A stretch of 20,000 nt of DNA from an uncultured virus (IMG/VR IMGVR_UViG_3300037541_000797) (Duplodnaviria; Heunggongvirae; Uroviricota; Caudoviricetes): IMG/VR virus record IMGVR_UViG_3300037541_000797; one strand, given 5' to 3'. Position numbers and translations under genes: made by a program. Of the stretch, positions 8,905 to 16,026 are shown piece by piece. The number at the start of each line of letters is the position of its first letter. The first letter of the stretch is position 1. The notes under the pieces are model-generated. The model did no database searches. It was not told where the DNA came from and saw only the letters and a program-made list of their open reading frames with translations.

Positions 8905-9852
8905 ATGGCTCAACGGCGGCTGCCCACCGTGGTGGACTCGATCCTGAACAGCCTGGAGCATTATCCAGTGCCAACGGCTACAGAACAGATTGAGTACGGA
9001 CGCGCCGTTCGCGCCTGGCAGGACTGGTCCGGAGGCCCGGATGCAGCGCCTCCCCGCGTGAGGCGATTTGGGCTCAGAGGCCGGGAACGTCTGGTGACCG
9101 GCAACCTGCGACTGGTAGTCAACGTGGCCAAAAAATACCAATCACGAGGGATACCACTGGAGGACCTTATCCAGGAGGGCTCGCTGGGCCTGACCACGGC
9201 AGCCGAAAAATACGACCCCGGCAGAGGCTACATGTTTTCCACCTATTCGTATTGGTGGGTAAAGCAGCGGATCGTGCATTATGTAATTGATAAGGCCAGC
9301 CTGATTCGGGTGCCAGGCAGCACGAATGACGACCTGTTCAAGGTCCGGCGACAGCTGGACGGATGTTCCGGGCAGCGCAGCGATAGAGAGCTGTTGGTGG
9401 CGGCCGGGCTCAGGGATCTGCCTGACACCATGGTGCGGATCCGCGATGCAATGCGGGCCAGGGCATGCGGTAGTACTTCGGTACTGCTGCCCAGTGGTGG
9501 CGGCTGCATTGAGGATTTGCAGGCCAGCCCAACAGGTGGGAAGGACGATCAATACGAGGCGCTGGAACGGGCCGAGCGACAGGCACTGGTGTGCAAATTG
9601 CTGGCGGAGCTGCCAGATAACGAACGCCAGGTATGGGAGCTGCGAGTGGTGGAGGAGGTGCCCCGAGTCGAGGTGGCCCAGATCCTGAATATTTCGGTGA
9701 GCGCGGTGGGAGAACTCAAGCGCCGCGCCATAGCTCACCTGCAGGCATTGGTAGCCCAGCAGGATGCCGGCTTGCAGGTGGGCTATGGCGCGGCGCTGGC
9801 TCCAGTGCCGGCAGCCTGCCAGCAATTGCAGCTCTCATTGCTGCCTGGCTAG
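8905..9852 (+). CDS. sigma-70 family RNA polymerase sigma factor (phage-encoded, cyanobacterial-like)
   Basis: Region 2 ERLVTGNLRLVVNVAKKY..RG..LEDLIQEGSLGL..AAEKYDPGRGYMFSTYSYWWVKQRI, region 3 LIRVP, and region 4 HTH LPDNERQV.EL...RVEVAQILNISVSAV. Start taken at MAQRR; ATG 8887 is an alternative. Confidence 0.92.
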   Translation: MAQRRLPTVVDSILNSLEHYPVPTATEQIEYGRAVRAWQDWSGGPDAAPPRVRRFGLRGRERLVTGNLRLVVNVAKKYQSRGIPLEDLIQEGSLGLTTAAEKYDPGRGYMFSTYSYWWVKQRIVHYVIDKASLIRVPGSTNDDLFKVRRQLDGCSGQRSDRELLVAAGLRDLPDTMVRIRDAMRARACGSTSVLLPSGGGCIEDLQASPTGGKDDQYEALERAERQALVCKLLAELPDNERQVWELRVVEEVPRVEVAQILNISVSAVGELKRRAIAHLQALVAQQDAGLQVGYGAALAPVPAACQQLQLSLLPG

Positions 9853-10231
9853 CGGCTTGGCTAGCCAGGCCCGATTCACGTGCCGGACCTGGCTCCGGTA
9901 TCGAGCCCTGCGGCGGCCAGAGCCGGCGGCCAGAGCCAGGGCCCGATTTCGCAGCGACAGCCGGGCAGGTCGATGCCAGCTCCAAAAGCAGCTGGCGCAA
10001 TACAAAATCCACAACACCATGATTGCCGCAGTGACCTGCACCTGACTTGCGCATTGGCAGGGCCAGGCTAGGGAACCCGGTAGCCCCTGGCCAGAAATCG
10101 AACGGCTGACCGTGGTTTATTGGCCAACAAAGCCATCCAAAACCCTGAGCAGCCCCCATTGGCGTCCACCACCAAGAACGGCCAGGCCAAACATTGCGTT
10201 TCGTAAATGAATTTGACCCCACGCCTCGGGG

Positions 10232-10295
10232 TTGCGTTACGGGCGTGTTACCATTTATTCACCGGGGCTGAGGAGCCCCACCACCAACAAAAGAA
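10232..10295 (+). promoter_or_regulatory. cassette promoter/leader copy C
   Basis: CGTTACGGGCGTGT-TACCAT (10249-10254)-TTATTCACC-GGGGCT-GAGG-AGCCCC-ACCACCAAC..ATG 10296. Highly similar to the reverse complement of copies D/E. Confidence 0.8.
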
Positions 10296-10835
10296 ATGAC
10301 CAGTTCCCTCGCCACAAGTTTCCTCGCCACAATTGAAGCCGCTGCGGTCTCTGTCGAGACAGCGGCCAGGGCTTCTGCCCCTCACCTGCAAACGGTTGCC
10401 CGCGCCGATTGGGGCCAGCACCTGAAGGCCGCGGCCGAGCGCACCCTGCCGGTGATCGCCGCCATCTGGCTGGCCGTCGAGCTCGCCGGTGCCCTCGTGC
10501 TGGGCACATGGCAGGCAGGCCGCGCCACCCGCCTGGCGGTGGAGGCCGTCAACAACTGGATGGCCGCCATCGCCGGGGATCTGGCCGATCCCACCCGGCA
10601 CCAGCAGGATGCTGATGTGCCAAGGGCTGAGCAGCCAGCCGAACAGCCAGCCGAACAGCAGCCAACCGCACCAGTGGCGCCCACAGCCCCAGCAGCCCCC
10701 CATCTGCCGGTGTTGGCCCCTGCCCCCCGCCGCCGTGTCTCACTGGCCGGCTGGCTCCAGGCCGATGGCTGGGATGACGACGCCGTGGCCGACCTGGTGC
10801 GCCGCCGCCCGTACCCCCAGGGCATGGCGGCCTGA
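10296..10835 (+). CDS. hypothetical protein with a predicted hydrophobic helix, under cassette promoter C
   Basis: 179-aa ORF starting right after the conserved leader. Hydrophobic stretch LPVIAAIWLAVELAGALVLG and a QPAE/Pro-rich linker. Confidence 0.75.
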   Translation: MTSSLATSFLATIEAAAVSVETAARASAPHLQTVARADWGQHLKAAAERTLPVIAAIWLAVELAGALVLGTWQAGRATRLAVEAVNNWMAAIAGDLADPTRHQQDADVPRAEQPAEQPAEQQPTAPVAPTAPAAPHLPVLAPAPRRRVSLAGWLQADGWDDDAVADLVRRRPYPQGMAA

Positions 10836-10842
10836 TCCCGAA

Positions 10843-10865
10843 GGGGCCCCTGATTCAGGGGCCCC
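10843..10865. other. perfect inverted repeat/hairpin before an AC-rich leader
   Basis: GGGGCCCCTGA-T-TCAGGGGCCCC followed by AACACCACAGATCA-ATG (10880). Confidence 0.7.
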
Positions 10866-10879
10866 AACACCACAGATCA

Positions 10880-11195
10880 ATGGCTTCAGCTGTGCCCCTC
10901 CGCATGATTGACACCTTCAGCGGCATTGGAGGCTTCAGCCTCGCCGCTCGCTGGCTGGATAGTTCTGGCCTTTTGGCGACATCTGGATCGCATGACGCCA
11001 GCGGCCTGGGAAGCGGCCGGGGAAGCGGCCTGGGAAGCGGCCGGGGCAGCGGCCGGGGCTTCCCTTGAGATTCAAGGCGCCGTTTTTATGCGTGCAAACA
11101 ATCAGCCGTTTTATTTTTTGCCGCTATTTGGGTTTTCAGATCCAGAGGCTGTCATCGCCGCTACCGTGAATCCCACAACAGCTAAATCATTGTAA
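10880..11195 (+). pseudogene. C5-cytosine methyltransferase N-terminal remnant joined out of frame to the 3' end of an Ala/Trp-repeat gene
   Basis: MASAVPLRMIDTFSGIGGFSLAARWL is Dcm motif I (FxGxGG), with no PC motif afterwards. From ~10960 another frame reads IVLAFWRHLDRMTPAAWEAAGEAAWEAAG...FYFLPLFGF. Confidence 0.7.
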
Positions 11196-12645
11196 TCCAG
11201 CTGTTCATTAGCGGCCGTATCCTGGCGCCGGCATGCCCGGCCATGGCCAGGGCCATTACCGCGTCATCGTGGTGACCTGGGGCGGCTTTGCGGTCGCCCG
11301 TTTCTGTTTGGCGAAAATTGCGCATCTGCTGGCCCACGTAGCTGTTGGGGGGAATCGTGAGCTCGCCCTGCTCTAGCAGCAGCACCAGCCGATCGCTCAT
11401 CATGATTTTGCTGGGGCCGGATGTGTAAACCTCTTCCAGTTCGGTGCCTGGCCGCAGCAGACACAGAGCCTCCCCAACTGCTGCCCCAACCCCGTTTTTT
11501 TCCACCACCACCAGAGTGGGCTGATATTCATCAATTAGCCTGGCGCAGCGCTGCAGTCCGTAATCCCGGCTGCAGCCGGCTTCGTTGAACCCGGCCACCA
11601 CCCGCCAGGGGCTCTCGGATACATCAAGCACCAGACCGCAGAAGGCATCGTTGCCGCCGCCGTTTGGATCAATGCCGAGCACATAGTTATGGCCCCAGGT
11701 AGGTGCATCCCAGCCCCCTGCAGCCTCCGCCAGCTCGATCAGATCGTGAGCGTATATTTCGTAGTCAGATGCGGTGAAGTCGAGTTCGTATTCACTGCGA
11801 TATTTTTGCTCAGTTAATTGGCGGGCTCGCTTTGTTTTTGCTGCAAAATCTGGATCCTGACTATATACTGGGTGCTGGGAATAATGAATGCAAACTTTGG
11901 CGTATTGATTGTCGGGAGAGATGCGCAGCCTAGGGATGCCATTAACCCCCATGGGCGTGGGATCCACCACCACCTCACCGTGGTCTTCGTGCCAATGGTC
12001 TGAGAAGGTGCCGCTGCGGCCATTTGGCGTGGTAATCCATAGATGGCGGGCCATGTCGCCCAGCATCGACGTGGATGGCAATGCGCCCTGCTCAATGCCG
12101 GACAATTTGGTGATAAAGGCCGCTTCGTCAAACAGGATTGAGGCGGCAGACGGGATTCCCCTGGCGGCTCGCTCGGTGGGCGGCAAAAAATGCAACGCGC
12201 CAAAGCCGGCAAAGACGAGCTTCCTGGCTGATTCCTTGGCAAACTTCGGGCACCGATCGCGAAGTGAAGCCGCCTGCCCCTTGATGCGGCCCGCCAGCTC
12301 GCTGGCGTCATCGCCGGTCTTGCTGAACACCACCCCAGTCCAGGCCGGCCGGCGGCAGGCTTGACACAACTTGTAGCTGATCACTGTCTCGGAGATCCCT
12401 GTCTGCCGGCTCTTCAAAACGTAAACATTTTGCACCTTGCGATGTATTTTTATCAGCTCCCGCTGAGCAGCAAACGGTATAAAAGGGATGTACTTGCCGC
12501 CAGAGGCAATCTGGGTTTGCGCCGCAAAATCTGGCCACTTCCCAGGCAGCGAATCCCATGGGTTGGCCTTGGCCGGGCCACCAATCAGCGGATCCGGTGA
12601 ATACCAATCAACGATACTGGGCGGTCGGACAATTAGCGATACCAT
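11182..12645 (-). CDS. terL: terminase large subunit
   Basis: Walker A VLKSRQTGISE, Walker B ILFDEAAF, coupling motif ITTPNG, RNase H-like nuclease LGIDPNGGG.D and HDDAVMALAMA. Confidence 0.93.
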   Translation of the reverse strand: MVSLIVRPPSIVDWYSPDPLIGGPAKANPWDSLPGKWPDFAAQTQIASGGKYIPFIPFAAQRELIKIHRKVQNVYVLKSRQTGISETVISYKLCQACRRPAWTGVVFSKTGDDASELAGRIKGQAASLRDRCPKFAKESARKLVFAGFGALHFLPPTERAARGIPSAASILFDEAAFITKLSGIEQGALPSTSMLGDMARHLWITTPNGRSGTFSDHWHEDHGEVVVDPTPMGVNGIPRLRISPDNQYAKVCIHYSQHPVYSQDPDFAAKTKRARQLTEQKYRSEYELDFTASDYEIYAHDLIELAEAAGGWDAPTWGHNYVLGIDPNGGGNDAFCGLVLDVSESPWRVVAGFNEAGCSRDYGLQRCARLIDEYQPTLVVVEKNGVGAAVGEALCLLRPGTELEEVYTSGPSKIMMSDRLVLLLEQGELTIPPNSYVGQQMRNFRQTETGDRKAAPGHHDDAVMALAMAGHAGARIRPLMNSWITMI

Positions 12646-12647
12646 CG

Positions 12648-13100
12648 CTAATCAAAATCCTCATCCGGGTCGATAACAGCTGCCTCTCGGCTCTGCTGGT
12701 TGGCCGCAACAGCGTCATCCGGGGCCCGCTCCACAAACAGGTTTGCCTGCGCCACACAGGCTTGAATCATGGCGCTGGGATTATTCGCCGCCCTGGCAAC
12801 TTTATAGCTATTTTCCAAGCGGTAATACACAATCAGCGCTATGCGCCGCTTGTCGATGCAGGTAAGCGCTTCTTCAAGGGATTCATACATCTCCTTGATA
12901 TATTTACTAGCAGTGCGGCGCGGCATTGCCCACTTCTTTTCGCAATGATTACGCAATTCCAGCGGGCTGTAGCCATTTCTGCAGAGTGTCTGCAGCTCCC
13001 GTATTCTGAATATTTTTTCTAACTTTGTTGGCTGGTTTTTTTTGCCTGATTTCTTTGAGCCGTCACCCCCCGCAGGTTTTGGCGCAGGGAGTCTGCTCAC
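12648..13100 (-). CDS. putative terminase small subunit
   Basis: 150-aa helical protein with a basic N-terminus and acidic tail, ending 2 nt before the terL start. Assignment is positional. Confidence 0.65.
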   Translation of the reverse strand: MSRLPAPKPAGGDGSKKSGKKNQPTKLEKIFRIRELQTLCRNGYSPLELRNHCEKKWAMPRRTASKYIKEMYESLEEALTCIDKRRIALIVYYRLENSYKVARAANNPSAMIQACVAQANLFVERAPDDAVAANQQSREAAVIDPDEDFD

Positions 13101-13153
13101 GAATCAATGGCGATTCACCAGGGTAGGCAACACGGCATCAATGCGCCAATGCG

Positions 13154-13363
13154 TCACGGCTGCATGGGGCGGCTACCGGTGATGTTCAGCTGGTGGCTGG
13201 TGGTGGGGACTTGGCTTTTTGGGCCCTGGCGGTGCTGGCCAGGGCGCTTATTTAGCTGGCGCATGATCCTCACCTCACTGGCCACGTTGGCCCAGTCGAT
13301 CGCGGGGGGTGCGGCCTGGCCCTGGGCTTCCGCTGGTGTGCCGTTGCTGCCAGCTGTGGGCAT
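13154..13363 (-). CDS. hypothetical protein (69 aa)
   Basis: ATG 11 nt after the upstream stop, in the same leftward operon. Confidence 0.5.
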   Translation of the reverse strand: MPTAGSNGTPAEAQGQAAPPAIDWANVASEVRIMRQLNKRPGQHRQGPKSQVPTTSHQLNITGSRPMQP

Positions 13364-13374
13364 GGTTTTAGCCG

Positions 13375-14028
13375 CTATGCCCCAGTTTGCGGCTTGTCAG
13401 AGGCTGTTGCCTTGGCCTTGGCCTTCACTCCACCGGCAGCTTGCGCGATTACTGCGTGGATCCCCCTGAGATAGATCTCGTCAGCGGAACCCCCCTCGCT
13501 GTTGCAGGCCGTATAGAAAACTGCCTGCAGTTCGCGGTCAAGACCTGTGATGTGGCCGCATCTAGCCGGCAGCGCTGGCTGCCGGCTAGACGCGGCCACG
13601 GCGGCTTGCAGGTCAGCCACCTGGTCGGCGCGTTCGGCATCGGCGTCGGCGTCGGCGGCCCAGTTGGCGGCCCAGTTGGCGGCGTCAACGGCGGCGGCGG
13701 CCAGGTTGGCGGCACAGTTGGCCCAGGTGGCGGCATAGTTGGCCCAGGTGGTGGCGTCGGCGTCGTCGGCGGCGGCGGCGGCGGCGTTGGCGTCGGCGTT
13801 GGCGGCTGACAGCTCAGCCGTCACATCCTCCCCCGCGAGGCGCCGCTGCAGCAGTCCCCGCACGATGGCAGGGTGCGGGCTGTTGGAGCGCTTCTCCAGA
13901 CGCTGGAGCAGTGGAACCAGAAATAGATCTCGACACCGATCCCAGTCGATTGCCGCACCATCCGGCGCCATGATAACTGGAGCGTTCAGGTCACGTTCTA
14001 ACTTTGTGAACCAGACGGGTTTAGTCAT
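13375..14028 (-). CDS. Ala-rich repeat phage protein, probably chimeric
   Basis: AANWAA/ATWANYA/ADAD repeats ending in AERADQVADL, followed by a distinct C-terminal segment (ACNSEGGSADEIYLRGIHAVIA). Confidence 0.75.
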   Translation of the reverse strand: MTKPVWFTKLERDLNAPVIMAPDGAAIDWDRCRDLFLVPLLQRLEKRSNSPHPAIVRGLLQRRLAGEDVTAELSAANADANAAAAAADDADATTWANYAATWANCAANLAAAAVDAANWAANWAADADADAERADQVADLQAAVAASSRQPALPARCGHITGLDRELQAVFYTACNSEGGSADEIYLRGIHAVIAQAAGGVKAKAKATASDKPQTGA

Positions 14029-14087
14029 TGTAAAAACAAAAAGTGAGGGTTAACAATCTGGTAATCTGGCAATGATTACAAATAGGG

Positions 14088-14345
14088 TCAGCGGCGGATG
14101 CAGGGGTTCTGAGTGGCATCGGCCTTGGCCTTGGCCTTGGCCTTGGCCTTGGCGACTCTGGCGGCTCGCTCCGCCCGGCCTTCTGTGGTTTGGCTTTGCC
14201 AACAAAGGCGGCAGAAAGGGCCTTTGGCGCCGGTGTGCCGCTTCCCGCAGCTCTGGCAGGTGGGCCGATCCCGCAACGGCCCCAGCCCCTTCTGACGATC
14301 GCGCCACCGCTGCATCCTGGCCGCGGCCGTGGGGTCAGTGGTCAC
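14088..14345 (-). CDS. basic CxxC-CxxC zinc-finger protein, paralog 2 (candidate Aca-like regulator)
   Basis: DPTAAARMQRWRDRQKG...CQSCG...CRLCW..QTTEGRAERAARV plus an (AK)n tail from a (GCCTTG)n repeat. Starts 18 nt downstream of the AcrIII-1 homolog. Confidence 0.8.
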   Translation of the reverse strand: MTTDPTAAARMQRWRDRQKGLGPLRDRPTCQSCGKRHTGAKGPFCRLCWQSQTTEGRAERAARVAKAKAKAKAKADATQNPCIRR

Positions 14346-14363
14346 CAGTAACCGAGAAAAAAA

Positions 14364-14765
14364 TTAAAAGCCAGGATGACAGCGGACGGCCATTATGTAA
14401 TCCGCCATATATCGATGGTGTGCGTCTAGTGCGGCGCCTAACGTGCCGTGGTAAGTCATTACCAGCCACTCGTACCCCATCTTTTCAATCTCTTCCAGGT
14501 CGAGAACAACGCCTTCTGGCGCACGCCCCTTAAGCTTGAAGCAAAACAGTTTATCGCCTGGCCGTGGGGCGATGGGTACTCGGTTTACGGGGATCCCGAT
14601 ATTTAGCACCTCGCTCATAATTGTGGCTGTACTTTCATGGCCTACGGCCGAGACCCAGTTCTGGGTAAGGTTTACTTTGACCGCCGAGGCGGTGGTCGTT
14701 TGGATTTCCCAAATCCCGTCTCCTCCATTAGGGACAACGGTGGTGGAAAGGAGGTAGTTGGTCAT
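14364..14765 (-). CDS. acrIII-1: DUF1874 / AcrIII-1 family viral ring nuclease (anti-type III CRISPR, cA4-degrading)
   Basis: 133 aa from ATG 14765: SAVGHESTATIMSEVL...VNRVPI....GDKL..FKLKGRAPEGVVLDLEEIEK. H43, R62, R81 and E84 match, with a constant offset of 4, the H47/R66/R85/E88 residues I recall for SIRV1 gp29. Confidence 0.88.
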   Translation of the reverse strand: MTNYLLSTTVVPNGGDGIWEIQTTTASAVKVNLTQNWVSAVGHESTATIMSEVLNIGIPVNRVPIAPRPGDKLFCFKLKGRAPEGVVLDLEEIEKMGYEWLVMTYHGTLGAALDAHHRYMADYIMAVRCHPGF

Positions 14766-14878
14766 GGCTGGCAGTTGGGTGGTGGGGCCCCTCGGCCCCG
14801 GTGAACAAATAGTAGCACGCCCGTAACGGTCTGACAAGGGCAAAGGGGCGCCGCGGCCACCGCCCCCCACCGCCTCCG
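14766..14878 (-). promoter_or_regulatory. cassette promoter/leader copy D (drives acrIII-1)
   Basis: Minus strand: TTGTCA (14832-14837)-N17 with extended TG-TACTAT (14809-14814), hairpin GGGGCC-GAGG-GGCCCC (14784-14799), then ACCACC..CCAGCC-ATG. Confidence 0.85.
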
Positions 14879-14921
14879 ATGGCGTGGGTGGGTGACGACA
14901 AAGAAGAGTGCGCGGATGCCG

Positions 14922-15104
14922 TCAGGCTTCAACAACGCTCAGAGTGCCGCCGCAGCAGATGTCAGCGCGAGCCTTAAGGGCCTTGGCATCAGGGAGGCTG
15001 ACACCTTCTGGAAGGTTGAATGTGAAACACGGCAAATTGGTGTCTGAGTTCCAGCGGATCCAGGTAGGTGTGGGACCGGCGACGGAGACGACGTAAGAGT
15101 TCAT
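14922..15104 (-). CDS. small protein (60 aa) under cassette promoter E, candidate anti-defence gene
   Basis: MNSYVVSVAGPTPTWIRWNSDTNLPCFTFNLPEGVSLPDAKALKARADICCGGTLSVVEA*. ATG is at the same position in the repeat as the acrIII-1 start. Confidence 0.78.
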   Translation of the reverse strand: MNSYVVSVAGPTPTWIRWNSDTNLPCFTFNLPEGVSLPDAKALKARADICCGGTLSVVEA

Positions 15105-15212
15105 GGCTGGTGTTGGTGGTGGGGCCCCTCGGCCCCGGTGAACAAATAGTAGCACGCCCGTAACGATCTGGCAAGGGCGGGGTCGCCGCGGCCACCGCCC
15201 CCACCGCCTCCG
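15105..15212 (-). promoter_or_regulatory. cassette promoter/leader copy E
   Basis: TTGCCA (15169-15174)-N17-TACTAT (15146-15151), hairpin at 15121-15136. 51 bp identical to copy D (15115-15165 = 14778-14828) within a ~115-bp direct repeat. Confidence 0.85.
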
Positions 15213-15223
15213 CTGGCTGCGGC

Positions 15224-15964
15224 CTATGCCCTGGGCTGCCGGCGCTGGCGCTGGCGTTCTCCACGGTCGAGGTAGGCCTCGATCACCAGTGCCAGCCGGC
15301 CGGTCAGCTCCGCCGGCTCGGGCAGGGCGGCGGCAAGCTGCACCAGCAGGGAGCCAAACCGATCGAACTCCGCCTGGGTTGCGAACTGCAGCTTGATCTC
15401 AAGCCCTGAATTGGGCTTGCTGGGGGGGGGCGGCGGCTCCGTCTCATCCTCATCCACCTGGTCACCGGCCACCAGCGCGGCAAATTCCTCCTCGGAAAAC
15501 CAGGGGGAGACGTCCAGCTGGGCATCCTCCTCCACCAGCTGGGCAAGCATCGCCCCGTCAAATTCAGATGTGTCGCTGGTGCGGTTGTCGGCCAGGGCCA
15601 GGCTGGTTTTTTCGGTTTCACTCAGATCGAACCGTTGGACGGCAATCAGGGTGTTCCCATCGCTGGGGATGAACAAAACCCTGTCTATGCCTGCATTTAT
15701 GGCCGCTTCCGCCGTGCCGTTGCCGGCCACCACCCGGCCGTTTTCATCCACCACGATCGAGCGGGCAGCGCCAAACTCCTCCATCGAGCGGGCCAACATG
15801 TCGCGAGAACGGGGCGTGCGCCGGCGGGCATTTTTTCGATCTGGTATCAGCTTGCTGATCGGCAGTAAAGCCGCCCTGGGGCTGGAGTCTGGGCCGCCCT
15901 GGGCGGGGGCTGTGGGCACGATTTCCGCCGTCAATGCGGCGGAAGATGGGCGCTTGGGAGGCAT
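15224..15964 (-). CDS. ParB/Srx N-terminal domain protein
   Basis: PISKLIPDRKNAR...SMEEFG..RSIVVDENGRVVAGNGT.EAA...LALADNRTSD, typical of phage ParB-N proteins found near terminase genes. Confidence 0.88.
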   Translation of the reverse strand: MPPKRPSSAALTAEIVPTAPAQGGPDSSPRAALLPISKLIPDRKNARRRTPRSRDMLARSMEEFGAARSIVVDENGRVVAGNGTAEAAINAGIDRVLFIPSDGNTLIAVQRFDLSETEKTSLALADNRTSDTSEFDGAMLAQLVEEDAQLDVSPWFSEEEFAALVAGDQVDEDETEPPPPPSKPNSGLEIKLQFATQAEFDRFGSLLVQLAAALPEPAELTGRLALVIEAYLDRGERQRQRRQPRA

Positions 15965-15971
15965 TTGGGGT

Positions 15972-16019
15972 TGGGTCGAAAACGCACCTCAAGATTGCTT
16001 GACTGCCGTTTTCGACCCA
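15972..16019. other. putative attP site of the serine integrase
   Basis: Perfect 13-bp outer arms TGGGTCGAAAACG/CGTTTTCGACCCA and inner arms TCAAG/CTTGA, all symmetric about a central TT (15995-15996). Spans 48 bp and ends 7 bp before the integrase ATG. Confidence 0.8.
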
Positions 16020-16026
16020 GGCACCA

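Noticed and set aside
5273..8993. Many long alternative-frame/antisense ORFs over the head genes (also 15393-16070 and 18902-19894)
   Set aside because: Shadow ORFs expected at high GC. They have no motifs and overlap well-supported genes.
9716..10222. Minus-strand ORFs 9716-10222 and 9835-10041 between the sigma gene and cassette C
   Set aside because: No recognisable motifs or coupling, and I cannot tell which, if any, is real.
14766..14870. Extended N-termini given in the ORF track for 14364-14870, 14922-15155, 2846-3250, 17768-18250 and 18580-19497
   Set aside because: These extensions translate promoter repeats or overlap upstream genes. Internal ATGs have better context.
14762..15212. 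Cassette repeats as CRISPR repeats, integron attC sites or DGR template/variable repeats
   Set aside because: They contain promoter boxes and start codons and are spaced by whole genes. No cas, tyrosine integron integrase or reverse transcriptase is in the window, and the differences are not adenine-specific.
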